Positions 48,750 through 57,978 of a DNA stretch of 64,000 nucleotides are shown here, one piece after another. The stretch is from an uncultured bacterium. GTDB taxonomy: Bacteria > Planctomycetota > UBA1135 > GCA-002686595. Position 1 is the first letter of the stretch; each line of letters begins with the position of its first letter. Location: the NCBI GenBank assembly GCA_943787795.1, contig CALSNU010000005.1, forward strand, positions 64,001 to 128,000, read 5' to 3'. A program made the translations under genes and the position numbers. The notes beneath the pieces were generated by a model that saw only the letters and a program-made list of their open reading frames with translations, was not told the origin of the DNA and searched no databases.

Positions 48750-50444
48750 ATGGCGGCGACCGCCTACACTGCCCGCACTGTGCTTCGAAACACGCTCGAC
48801 TCCATCGCAGGACTCGTCTCCCGCGGTGACTCCGCTCCTGCAGCCCTCCCCGTCCCCCGGGCACTCAGGTGCCTCACGGGGCTCCGACGGTCCCGCGTCG
48901 CCGCACCCTCGGGCTCGGCCTTGCTGCTCCTCGCCGCCCTCACGGCCTGCGGTGGCTCCGACCCCGATTCGCCGGAGGGGGCGGGGACCGCCCCGTCCGT
49001 CGCATCCTCGGAGCTGCGCCGAGACGGACGGGCCGAGGCGGTGCAGCTTCGCCGCCTGCTGGATGAGGGCCGGACGGATCTCGCCGCGCCGATGCTCGCG
49101 GCCCTCGAGCCAGAGCTCGGCCTCGAGGGGCCGCTGCTGCGTGCTCGTCTCGTCGTGATCCAGGGCGACCGGGGGTCCTGGCTCCAGCAGATCGAGATCG
49201 CCCGGGCGATGAACCCGGCCGACCCCAGGCCCTACGCCACCGCCGCCGAGCTGTACGCCTCGATCGGGCTCCACGAGTCCGCGTTGGATGAGATCACCCG
49301 CGGCCTCGAGGCCGTCGGTTCGCTGACCCCGGAGCTGCAGCGAGCGCAGGGGGTCTACGCCATCACGACTGTGGGCGGGGGGAAGACCGGGCTCCTCTAT
49401 CTGGAGTCCGCCCTCCAGGCCGACCCGGGACTCCCGTTCATGGGCCGCCCGCTGGGTCAGGCGTACCTGCTCTCCGCCCAGCGCTCCATGGCCGAAGGGC
49501 AGGGCAAGCTGGCGCTCGAGCGGATCCAAAGATCTCTCGAGTTCGATCCCACCGACCCAGGGGCGCGCCGCACCTACGCCGAGATCATCATCGCGGTGAA
49601 CCGGGACTTCTCTGGCGGCATCGCCTTGCTCGAGCAGCTCCTCAAGGACGGCGAGGAGGTCAAGGATCTCGTCGCCCGCATGAGCTGGTCGGCGGGGGTG
49701 AAGGCCCAGGTCGCCGGCGACCGAGGCGCTGCGCGCAAGTACTACCTACGCGCCCGGGAGCTCGGGTGCGTGGAGGCGACGCAGGGGATGGCGAAGGGCT
49801 TCTTCGAGGCCGAGGCGCGCGGGGCCTTCGACGCCGCGGTGGTCGCAGCCACGGCTGCAGAAACGGCGAGCCTGCGCCTGCGGGTCGCCGAAGCCGTCGG
49901 GCTCCTCGGCGAGGGCGAGCGCGGCCGCTACACCCTCTCGGGCTGGTTCCTGGAGGCGGCCGCCGCGGCGCTCTCTGCCGGCGAGACCGAGCGCGCGGGG
50001 CAGCTCGCTGCCGCCGCGCGTGACACAGACCCCCAGGTGGCGGGTCTGGCGGAGCTCTCGGGGGCCATCTATCTGCAGCGGGCGGTCGATTCCATGGGGG
50101 ATCGCGACCTCGAGGCAGCGCTGGTCTTCGCGGAGCAGGCGACCCTGGTGGACCCTGACGACGCCATGGCGCATCACCTGCTCGGGGAGCTGCGCTACGC
50201 CGCTGGTCGCTTCGCAGAGGCCGTGCCAGAGCTGGACCGCGCGCTCCGGAATTCGGAGCTCGACGGGGAGCCTCTCGGCCTCGAGGTGGCGCTGATGCTG
50301 GCTCGCTGCCAGGAGCAGAGCGGCCAGGCGAGCGATGCCATTGCGACCCTGGACCAGTACCTTCGCCGACCGGCGACTGCGGACGACGCCAGCACTCGGG
50401 AGGAGGCGAGCGCGCTCCTCCGGTCGCTCCGCGCGGGCGGCTGA
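48750..50444 (+). CDS. TPR-repeat probable lipoprotein
   Basis: LLLLAALTACGG lipobox-like motif and multiple TPRs (e.g. DPDDAMAHHLLGELRYAAGRFAEAV). True start uncertain. Confidence 0.7.
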   Translation: MAATAYTARTVLRNTLDSIAGLVSRGDSAPAALPVPRALRCLTGLRRSRVAAPSGSALLLLAALTACGGSDPDSPEGAGTAPSVASSELRRDGRAEAVQLRRLLDEGRTDLAAPMLAALEPELGLEGPLLRARLVVIQGDRGSWLQQIEIARAMNPADPRPYATAAELYASIGLHESALDEITRGLEAVGSLTPELQRAQGVYAITTVGGGKTGLLYLESALQADPGLPFMGRPLGQAYLLSAQRSMAEGQGKLALERIQRSLEFDPTDPGARRTYAEIIIAVNRDFSGGIALLEQLLKDGEEVKDLVARMSWSAGVKAQVAGDRGAARKYYLRARELGCVEATQGMAKGFFEAEARGAFDAAVVAATAAETASLRLRVAEAVGLLGEGERGRYTLSGWFLEAAAAALSAGETERAGQLAAAARDTDPQVAGLAELSGAIYLQRAVDSMGDRDLEAALVFAEQATLVDPDDAMAHHLLGELRYAAGRFAEAVPELDRALRNSELDGEPLGLEVALMLARCQEQSGQASDAIATLDQYLRRPATADDASTREEASALLRSLRAGG

Positions 50445-50631
50445 GGTCGGAAGCGAGGTCCAGGCTTGGTTCTCGCGGCGCCGCTCGCTGAGGGGCTCGC
50501 CGTCCTCGATCGCGGCGGGGCGGTCCCGGAGAGGCTCGGCCCCTTGAGCGGCTCCACCGGCGCTCCCCAGGCTCCCGACGCCCCTCACGTCACCGACGCC
50601 ACCAGGGCCACCAACGGGCCCCAGCCCCAGG

Positions 50632-50667
50632 GCCCCCAACGCCCCCAACGCCCCCAACGCCCCCAAA
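50632..50667. repeat. 9-bp tandem repeat (GCCCCCAAC)x4; G-quadruplex-type motif on the minus strand
   Basis: Four G5 runs separated by 4 nt on the - strand. Confidence 0.8.
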
Positions 50668-50867
50668 GCCACAGGGGGGAGGGGCGCCCCCGGGAGTGGC
50701 CGTGCGCCGGCGCCGGGTGGAGCTTGAACCGCGGCCCCTGGATCCGTAGTTTGCTGTCGGAGAGCAGCTGTCCCCGCACAGGCAGCCGCGCTCATTCACC
50801 GCATAGGCCCCTCGCTGCCCCTCGATTGAGGGGGTCGAGCGACGGGTCGATTCCACCAGGGCACACC

Positions 50868-51863
50868 ATGACGCGCCGTAAGGTCACCATGCTCGAGGCG
50901 TTCCAGGACTCCGCAAGGACTTCCCAGGAGCGCCAAGACGCCGCGCTTTCCAGAACTCAGGCCGCCGCAGGGGATGGCGCTCTTGGCGTCGACAATCCTC
51001 TCGCCGGGGATCCTCTCGTCGGGGATCCTCTCGCGGGGGAGGGGCGCGCTGATCCGCGCCCCGCTCCGAGCGTGCACGATGGCCCGGCCATCGTCCCGGT
51101 GGGGGAGTCCTCCGTCGGCGGAAGCGCCTCCGGGGGCCACCCGGGCGTCGACTCCGAGGGCATTGACGCCGAGGGGCGCGCGGCGCGCACCGGCTTGACC
51201 CTGCCCTTCAGCGGGTACGGTTTCGCTGTCCTGCAGGTCCTGCTGCTCGTGGGCGCCTTCCTGCTCGGCCGCCAGTTCGAGGAGCATGGGTTCGGGCTGG
51301 GCGCGAGCCATTCGTCCGAGGCCTCCGGTCAGGCGCGTCTCGAGGCCGCGAGCTTCGGGATGCCGGGCCGGTCGCTGACGTCCCGCCAGCTCTCCGGAGC
51401 CGTCGATGCCGGCGCGCGAGCCATCCAACCGGAGCGCCAGACCGGGGCACCGGGGGAGGCGGGAACGCCGGGTGGCGGAGGTTCACCTGAGGGGACCCAG
51501 AGCGACGGCGTCGCGGCGGTTGACACCTCGAGTCCTTCGGCCCAGCCGGATCCAGACACGGCAGCGGACCAGGCCTTCTGGGACCCCGCCATGCGCTTCA
51601 CCGTGCTGGCCATCAGCTACACCCGGAGCCCCGCCAACGAGGCGCTGGCCTGGGAGACCTACGACCTGCTCGCCGAGCTGGGATTCCCGGTGGTGAAGCC
51701 CTCCAGCGGCGGCATCCGGATCTTCCTCCACGTCGGGGCGGCGGCTTCGATGGACGAACTCGCCGACCTGCGGAATGAGCTGCAGAACGTTCGTGTCGGG
51801 CCGCGTCGGACGCCGGACTTCCGAACGGCTTACGTCGTCAACATCAATCGAGAGATCGACTGA
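50868..51863 (+). CDS. Hypothetical bitopic membrane protein, low-complexity linker, possible SPOR-like C-terminal domain
   Basis: TM FAVLQVLLLVGAFLLGR. C-terminal FTVLAISY...LAELGFPV...IFLHVGAA...LRNEL...AYVV has a SPOR-like beta-alpha-beta pattern. Confidence 0.55.
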   Translation: MTRRKVTMLEAFQDSARTSQERQDAALSRTQAAAGDGALGVDNPLAGDPLVGDPLAGEGRADPRPAPSVHDGPAIVPVGESSVGGSASGGHPGVDSEGIDAEGRAARTGLTLPFSGYGFAVLQVLLLVGAFLLGRQFEEHGFGLGASHSSEASGQARLEAASFGMPGRSLTSRQLSGAVDAGARAIQPERQTGAPGEAGTPGGGGSPEGTQSDGVAAVDTSSPSAQPDPDTAADQAFWDPAMRFTVLAISYTRSPANEALAWETYDLLAELGFPVVKPSSGGIRIFLHVGAAASMDELADLRNELQNVRVGPRRTPDFRTAYVVNINREID

Positions 51864-51906
51864 GCGCGGCGCGGCGTGCGGGGCCCCGAGGCCCCGCCCT
51901 GCCGCG

Positions 51907-52001
51907 TTGGTCTCACTGCTGCCGAGATCTCACTGCCGCGCTGGCCTCAGCGTCACTTTGGTCTCAGCGTCACTTTGGTCTCAGCGTCACTTTGGTCTCA
52001 G
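51907..52001. repeat. 17-bp tandem repeat, about 5.5 copies (TTGGTCTCAGCGTCACT)
   Basis: Units at 51907, 51924, 51941, 51958, 51975 and 51992 (partial). Confidence 0.85.
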
Positions 52002-52394
52002 GGCCCCACCCCTCTCAGGCGCGCGGCTGCAGCTGGGCTCGGGCCCCGCGGTGGGCCGAGGTCCTGGTCGCCGGACCCCTGATGCGGCCCTCGGTCTCAT
52101 CTGCCCCGGCGGGCTGGCTCAGGTGGCCCACTCGGCGGGGGGTGAGGCGCCCCGTCTCGTTCGGCTGGCCTCGTTCGGCCGAGCTCGATCGGCTTGAAGT
52201 GGGCGCGGCGGCCGGTGCGCCGCAGCTCCTCTACGGTTGGGCCAGCGAGTGGTCCGCGGCCGGTGGGCGCCTGCTTGGGCCTCCGCGAGGCCTTCACTGG
52301 CCCCTCACCGCACATTTTGGTCTGGACGGGTGGTTGCTCCGTCCGTCCTTCGAGTACCCTCTCCGCCCCTCATTCGAACCTGAGGCCACCAATC

Positions 52395-52583
52395 ATGTCG
52401 ATCCACCCCAGCCTTCGCGGTGTCAACACCCTCATCGGTGAGCGCAGCGTCTTCACTCGCAAAGAGCGTCTGCTCAAACTGATGGAAGAGGGCCGTGTCG
52501 CTGACACGGACTCCGCTTACGGGCTCCCCAAGGTCCGCACCAAGTACAAGCTCAAGACGGCGAAGAAGAAGAAGGAGGAGTGA
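52395..52583 (+). CDS. PVC-superphylum small basic protein (TIGR04137-like)
   Basis: MSIHPSLR...RSVFTRKERLLKL...GLPKVR plus Lys-rich tail matches the PVC signature protein pattern. Confidence 0.85.
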   Translation: MSIHPSLRGVNTLIGERSVFTRKERLLKLMEEGRVADTDSAYGLPKVRTKYKLKTAKKKKEE

Positions 52584-52740
52584 TCCTCCCGCCGGCGCGC
52601 CTGCCGGCCCTCTTCATCTCGTCTTGCCCCGGCGCGCGCCGCGGCCCGCCCGCGGTCACAGGGGGCACCATGAAGCCGATTCTCCCTGTGGGGGACTCGG
52701 CTTCCCGCGTTGCCCCCGCCGTCGCGAGCCTCTCCCAGCC

Positions 52741-53560
52741 ATGAGCCCCACGTCCGCCCCCGCCGCTGCCCCTGTCATGGAGGTCTTCGCCTCCTTCCAG
52801 GGCGAGGGACTGTACGTCGGGCAACCGCAGGTCTTCCTCCGGCTCGCCGGGTGTCCCCTGCGCTGCCGCTGGTGCGACACCCCGGGTTCCTGGGAGACCC
52901 GCATGGACGGGCAAGCGCGGATCGATGCACCGGAGGGCACGCTCCGCGAGGGGCGGGTCGCCTCGCCCTTCCAGGCGGCCTTGTGGGTCGCCGGCGTCGA
53001 GCCGGGCGAGCCGCGCACGGTCAGCGTCACCGGGGGAGAGCCGCTCATGTGGCCCGAGTTCATCCGCGGGCCTCCGGTCCATGATCGCGCCGCGCCGCAT
53101 TCACCTGGAGACCGCCGGGGCGCACCCCGAGGCGCTCGCGCGCGTCCTTGACCGGATTGACCACGTGAGCCTCGACCTCAAGCTGCCCGCGGACATGGGG
53201 GCCCCTGTCGAGCTGCAGTCCCGCGACGGAGAGCCGGAGTCCATCGATGAGCCCGCGCCGGTGACGCCCGAGGACTGGCGTATGGCCCGCCGCCGCTGCC
53301 TCGACCTCCTCCAGGATCGTGACGCCTGCGCCAAGGTCGTGGTCACCGCAGATCGCGAGCCCCGCGACTACGATGAGCTCTTCGAGGACGTCGCTCGCAG
53401 GGCCGCGTCGCTCCCCGTCTTCATCGCTCCGGTGACCCCGATGGGCGGATGCGAGGCGCCCACCCTCGACCACCTTGTCGAGGTCGTCGAGCACGCCCGC
53501 GAGCTGGAGCTCGACATCCGCGTTCTTCCCCAGGTTCATCGAGCCATGGGGATCGCCTGA
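52741..53560 (+). pseudogene. queE: 7-carboxy-7-deazaguanine synthase QueE, split by a 1-nt frameshift near 53064-53070
   Basis: Frame 1: EVFASFQGEGLYVGQPQVFLRLAGCPLRCRWCDT...VSVTGGEPL. Frame 2 continues GLRSMIAPRRIHLETAG...DHVSLDLKLP...RVLPQVHR. Confidence 0.8.
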
Positions 53561-53579
53561 GTCCACGCCTGATCGATCC

Positions 53580-55019
53580 ATGAATGAACCCACCGAAGTC
53601 GATCCCCCTGCGGACGCCGAGCAAGAGCAGCGGGTGGCGCAGTCCGCGGCCGGCGCTGCGCGTTCCTCCGTGCCGATGCCGCGCGTGGCCCTCGTGGGGC
53701 GCCCCAATGTCGGCAAGTCCACGCTCCTGAACCGGCTCTGCGGGAGCCGCGTTGCGATCGTCGAGCCCACGGCCGGGGTCACTCGGGATCGGATCGCGGT
53801 CCCCGCTCGCCTGACCACCAGGGACGGCGAGCGCTGGGTCGAGGTCATCGACACCGGCGGTCTCGGTATCGTGGACCGCGACGACCTTGGGCCCCACGTG
53901 GAGGCCCAGGTGGACACCGCGCTCAAAGGCGCGGACCTGGTGCTGTTCATGGTCGACGTACGCGACGGGCTGACGCCGCCGGATCAGCAGGTGGCGAAGC
54001 TCCTGCGCGGCGCGGGCGTGCCGGTGCAGCTTGTGGTCAACAAGGCCGAGGGCGGCGGGTTCGAGTGGGAGGCCGAGTCCTTCCACGCGCTGGGTGTGGG
54101 GGGAGACCCCATCGTCATCAGCGCCCAGAACGGAGAGGGGATCACGGACCTGCGCCAGTGCATGGCGGACCACCTGCCGGGGGCGCCCGAGGAGAAGCCC
54201 ACGGAGACTCCGCTCATGAAGATCGCGGTGGTGGGGCGCCGGAACGCGGGCAAGTCGACGCTCGTCAACCACCTCGCGGGGGAGGAGCGCATGATCGTCT
54301 CCGAGATCGAGGGCACGACCCGCGACGCGGTGGACGTGGTCTTCGAGCGGGACGGAGAGACCTTCACCGTGATCGACACGGCGGGCATCCGAAAGCGCTC
54401 CAAGCTCGAGGACGCCATCGAGTTCTACTCGGACGCGCGGAGCCTCAAGACCATCCGCAGGGCGGACGTCGTCATCCTCCTGTTCGACGTGACGCGCAAG
54501 CTCTCGTCGATCGAGAAGAACCTCGCGCGCTACGCCATCGACCGCTACAAGCCCACCATCCTGGCCGCCAACAAGTGGGACCTCGTGGAGGGGCAGACCC
54601 CCGAGTCGTTCCGCGAGTACTTGGATGCGCAGGTACCTGGCCTCGGCTTCGCGCCCATCGTATTCCTCTCGGCCAAGGAGGGCCTGCGGGCGGACGACCT
54701 CATCGGCGTCGCAAAGGACCTCTTTGAACAGGGCCAGCAGCGCGTCAGCACCGGAGACCTCAACCAGGTCTTGGAGCGCGCCCTGGAGGCTCGGCAGCCC
54801 AGCTCGAAGGGCTATCGAGCGCGGGTCAAGTACGCCACCCAGGCGGAGGTGTCGCCGCCCACGTTCGTGCTATTCGTCAACGACAAGCGGCACATCGGCA
54901 AGGACTGGCTACGCTACCTCACGAACCGGCTCCGGGAGGAGCTCCCGTTCCACGAGGTGCCCCTGCGCATCGTGCTCAAGGACCCCAAGACGCTCTCGGA
55001 AGAGGCTGCGCAAGAATGA
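53580..55019 (+). CDS. der: Ribosome biogenesis GTPase Der (EngA)
   Basis: Two G domains (GRPNVGKS/DTGG/NKAE and GRRNAGKS/DTAG/NKWD) plus a KH-like C-terminus. Confidence 0.95.
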   Translation: MNEPTEVDPPADAEQEQRVAQSAAGAARSSVPMPRVALVGRPNVGKSTLLNRLCGSRVAIVEPTAGVTRDRIAVPARLTTRDGERWVEVIDTGGLGIVDRDDLGPHVEAQVDTALKGADLVLFMVDVRDGLTPPDQQVAKLLRGAGVPVQLVVNKAEGGGFEWEAESFHALGVGGDPIVISAQNGEGITDLRQCMADHLPGAPEEKPTETPLMKIAVVGRRNAGKSTLVNHLAGEERMIVSEIEGTTRDAVDVVFERDGETFTVIDTAGIRKRSKLEDAIEFYSDARSLKTIRRADVVILLFDVTRKLSSIEKNLARYAIDRYKPTILAANKWDLVEGQTPESFREYLDAQVPGLGFAPIVFLSAKEGLRADDLIGVAKDLFEQGQQRVSTGDLNQVLERALEARQPSSKGYRARVKYATQAEVSPPTFVLFVNDKRHIGKDWLRYLTNRLREELPFHEVPLRIVLKDPKTLSEEAAQE

Positions 55020-55489
55020 AGATCAAGTCGCTCGCCCCGGCCCTCCTCCTCCTTCTCGTGCCTGCGATCAGCGCGTGCGTGTCCGTGAACACGGCGATCC
55101 CCGTCGAGCGGACCGTCTCGGCGAAGACCGAGTTCGAGCTCTGGCAGGCGCTGCGTATCGCGGTGGACCTGAGCGATTATCCGGTGGGCACGGGCGCCGA
55201 TTCGGGGAAGCGCGAGATCCTCAGCGGGTGGAAGCTCGACCTCGCCCCCTACAAGGGGAAGGGGTTCAGGACGCGAGTCATTGCGCGGTACGAGCGCTCC
55301 GATGCGCCGGCCTCATCGGATCCCCTGGTGGCCTTCGATGTGACCATCCGCGTGGAGAAGGACACCAACGAGTCGTACCGCTCATTGGATCCCGCCTACG
55401 CCGACTGGAAGGGCGCGCCGGATGACGTGGTCGCGGCGAAGACGATCATGCAGCGGCTCGAGTCCCTTCTCGGATCGGGCGAGAGCTAG
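55016..55489 (+). CDS. Hypothetical lipoprotein
   Basis: MKIKSLAPALLLLLVPAISAC lipobox; ATGA overlap with der. Confidence 0.7.
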   Translation: MKIKSLAPALLLLLVPAISACVSVNTAIPVERTVSAKTEFELWQALRIAVDLSDYPVGTGADSGKREILSGWKLDLAPYKGKGFRTRVIARYERSDAPASSDPLVAFDVTIRVEKDTNESYRSLDPAYADWKGAPDDVVAAKTIMQRLESLLGSGES

Positions 55490-55664
55490 CTCGGCGAGCG
55501 GTGGCCGTCGAGCCCGGCGGCCCACAGAGTTTCCCCAGGAGTCTCCCGCGGGGGGGGGCGCGGGCGAACTCCTGACCCGTCCCGAGACGAGAGCGTTCCA
55601 GGAACTCGTGGCGGGGTGGCGATTGGGCTGAACACAGCGGACCCCAGGTGTCGATCCGCTCCAT

Positions 55665-56546
55665 GTGAAGCTCTCATCCGTGGACCTGACCCGCGCCGGC
55701 GCATCGACCGGCGGACGCCCCTCCTCCATCTCATTGATCCGAGAGGCGACCCAGGTCGGCCTCGAGGCGAGGGGCTTCGAGCCCTCCTTCGGGCCTGGGG
55801 CGGACCTGACTCTGGTGGATGTCCTCGACGATGGGCTCAGCCCCTGGGTGGAAGGGGCCGGGATAGAGAGCCTCTACGATCGGCTGGGGCCGCTCCTCGT
55901 GAGGGTCCACGCGGTGCCGGGCGATCACGCCCCCGCGACGGGGCTGCGGGAGCTCCTCTCCCACGCGGACGGAGTCATCGTGTCGACCCGCTCTCACCTC
56001 GTTCGCCTCGGCAGCGCCGGGCTCCTGCAAGCGGATCGCACCGATCTCATCGCCCCTGCGGCCCCCGAGATGTTCGCTGGCACCAACGGTGCGGTGGGCG
56101 AGGGGATCCTCGTCCTCGGAGAGGACCTCCCCGAGGAGCTCGAGCAGGCGCTCTATGGACTGTCGCTCGGCTGCTCAGTCCTCGGGCCAGACGCCCATGA
56201 CTCGGGCGCCGCGCGGCGCTTCAGGTCTCTCCTGGCGCGGCACGAGGTGGCGGTGTTGACCGAACCCGAGCACGGTGAGGACGGGGTCATCGCCGCGGTC
56301 TGTGCTCAGCTCGGCCGAGCCCTCGTCGCACCGGGGGGGGTGGACCTCGCGGCTCAGCCCCACTGCTTCCCGGTCTCCTCGCGGCCGACGGCGCTGGACT
56401 GGACCGCGGCCCTGCGCGGCGCCCTCGACCACGCGCAGCTCCCTGAGCTCAGGGAGGAGGAGACGGGAGAACAGCTCGACCGTCTCGCGCGGGTCCTCAC
56501 CCGGGCGAGGCGCCGAAAGGAATGCTCTCGCCCTACTGCTGCCTGA
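55665..56546 (+). CDS. Hypothetical protein, possibly a degenerate GT-B glycosyltransferase-like fold
   Basis: Typical codon usage; ADGVIVST and EHGEDGVIAAVCAQLGRALVA loosely resemble GT4 elements; precedes the GT genes. Confidence 0.45.
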   Translation: MKLSSVDLTRAGASTGGRPSSISLIREATQVGLEARGFEPSFGPGADLTLVDVLDDGLSPWVEGAGIESLYDRLGPLLVRVHAVPGDHAPATGLRELLSHADGVIVSTRSHLVRLGSAGLLQADRTDLIAPAAPEMFAGTNGAVGEGILVLGEDLPEELEQALYGLSLGCSVLGPDAHDSGAARRFRSLLARHEVAVLTEPEHGEDGVIAAVCAQLGRALVAPGGVDLAAQPHCFPVSSRPTALDWTAALRGALDHAQLPELREEETGEQLDRLARVLTRARRRKECSRPTAA

Positions 56547-56598
56547 AGTACCTGCTGCCTGAAGTACACGCCGGTTGCCGCCTGAAGGACACGCCGGG
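56536..56598. repeat. Duplications spanning the stop codon (CTGCTGCCTGAAGTAC x2 plus a 23-bp degenerate copy)
   Basis: Units at 56536 and 56552, then TGCCGCCTGAAGGACACGCCGG. Confidence 0.7.
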
Positions 56599-56665
56599 GT
56601 TACGCTGGCCCCCCCCATCCCCCTTGGACGATCCCCTCAACAACGCGTTCGAATCCCTGCGCACC

Positions 56666-57946
56666 ATGGTCGTGAGGATGAGCTCCAGCGAAGGCCCTCC
56701 TGCCGAGCTGGGGGGCGAAGTCGTCCACCAAGCCACGCTGGTGGGGGACGCTGAGGGAGCGCTCGGTCTTCAGCCTGGCGCGGTCGGCCGGTCGCACGGT
56801 CTGATCGAGGCGCTCGGAGAGTTGCTCGAGAGCCACCGCGTCGAGGCGGTCTCGCTCCCGGTCGAGGCCGACGATGACGACGACCACCGCGCGCTCGTCG
56901 CCGCAGCGGCGGCGGCCTGCAGTCTGCGCGGTGTGCTGGTCAGCTGCGGCGGCGAAGTCCCTCTGTCGGCCTCGGGGTTCGATCGGGCCCGGCGCGCCGA
57001 GGCTCGCGAGCGGACCAGCGATGACTCTCGCACCGTCACCGCCGTGATCTCCGCCTGGAACAAGCGCGACGACGTGCGGGCCAACCTGCTCGGCATCCGC
57101 GCGCAAACGCGCCCCTTCGACGATGTCGTGGTGGTGGATAATCACTCCAGCGATGGCACGGCGCAGATGATCCGGGACGAGTTTCCCGAGGTGCGCCTCG
57201 TCGTGATGCCCAACAGCGCCTACGGCGCATGTGAGACGTTCAACGTGGGCTTCTCCACCGCGCTGACCGGGTACATCGCCATCCTCGACGACGACGTGGT
57301 GCTCACGCCCTGGTGGCTCGAGCGCTCCCTCTCGCGGATGGCCGAGGAGCCCGAGACCACGGCGGTCGTCTCCACGAAGGTCGTGGAGCCGGGGATGCCG
57401 GATAGCTTCCGAGACGCCGAAGCGCTGAACCGCGAGCGGTACATGAGCACGTTTCGGGGGTGCGCGAGCCTGGCTCGCAAGGAGGCCATCGACAAGGCTG
57501 GGGGGTACGACGAGCGCCTGTTCATCTACGGCAACGAGCGGGACCTGACCTGCCGATTGCTCAACCTCGGCTATCGCGTGCTGCAGTTTCCTGGCGCGGA
57601 GACCTTCCATCGGACGCCCTTCGGGCTGCAGATGGGCAAGCGCAGCCTCTTCTACCACGCCCGCAACGCCTGGCTCGGGATGCTCAAGTACGCCCCGGCC
57701 AAGGACCTCGCGCGGATGCCCTTCCTCGTGCTGACCAAGGTGTTGCTGCGCGGCCGAAAGGCCGAGGAGGCCGGAGAGGTCACCGACGCTGTCGGCACCA
57801 TCGGAGTGGGGAAGTCCCTCCGGGAAACCGAGGGCGCGTGGTGGATCGTGACGCGCGCGCTGTTCAGCGTGCTGTACAACGTGCCGTACTGCCTCAAGCA
57901 CCGCGAGCCCGTCCAGGCGCCGGACTTCGAGCTGCCGTTGCAGTAG
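56666..57946 (+). CDS. Glycosyltransferase family 2 with an extra N-terminal domain
   Basis: AVISAWNKR, VVVDNHSSDGT, AILDDDV, GGYDERLFIYGNERDL. Start codon uncertain. Confidence 0.85.
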   Translation: MVVRMSSSEGPPAELGGEVVHQATLVGDAEGALGLQPGAVGRSHGLIEALGELLESHRVEAVSLPVEADDDDDHRALVAAAAAACSLRGVLVSCGGEVPLSASGFDRARRAEARERTSDDSRTVTAVISAWNKRDDVRANLLGIRAQTRPFDDVVVVDNHSSDGTAQMIRDEFPEVRLVVMPNSAYGACETFNVGFSTALTGYIAILDDDVVLTPWWLERSLSRMAEEPETTAVVSTKVVEPGMPDSFRDAEALNRERYMSTFRGCASLARKEAIDKAGGYDERLFIYGNERDLTCRLLNLGYRVLQFPGAETFHRTPFGLQMGKRSLFYHARNAWLGMLKYAPAKDLARMPFLVLTKVLLRGRKAEEAGEVTDAVGTIGVGKSLRETEGAWWIVTRALFSVLYNVPYCLKHREPVQAPDFELPLQ

Positions 57947-57978
57947 CCCCCCCCAGGATCCCCCTTCCCGTCCGCACG

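Noticed and set aside
53055..53085. Programmed ribosomal frameshift in queE
   Set aside because: No slippery heptamer or evident stimulatory element; an error or recent mutation is simpler.
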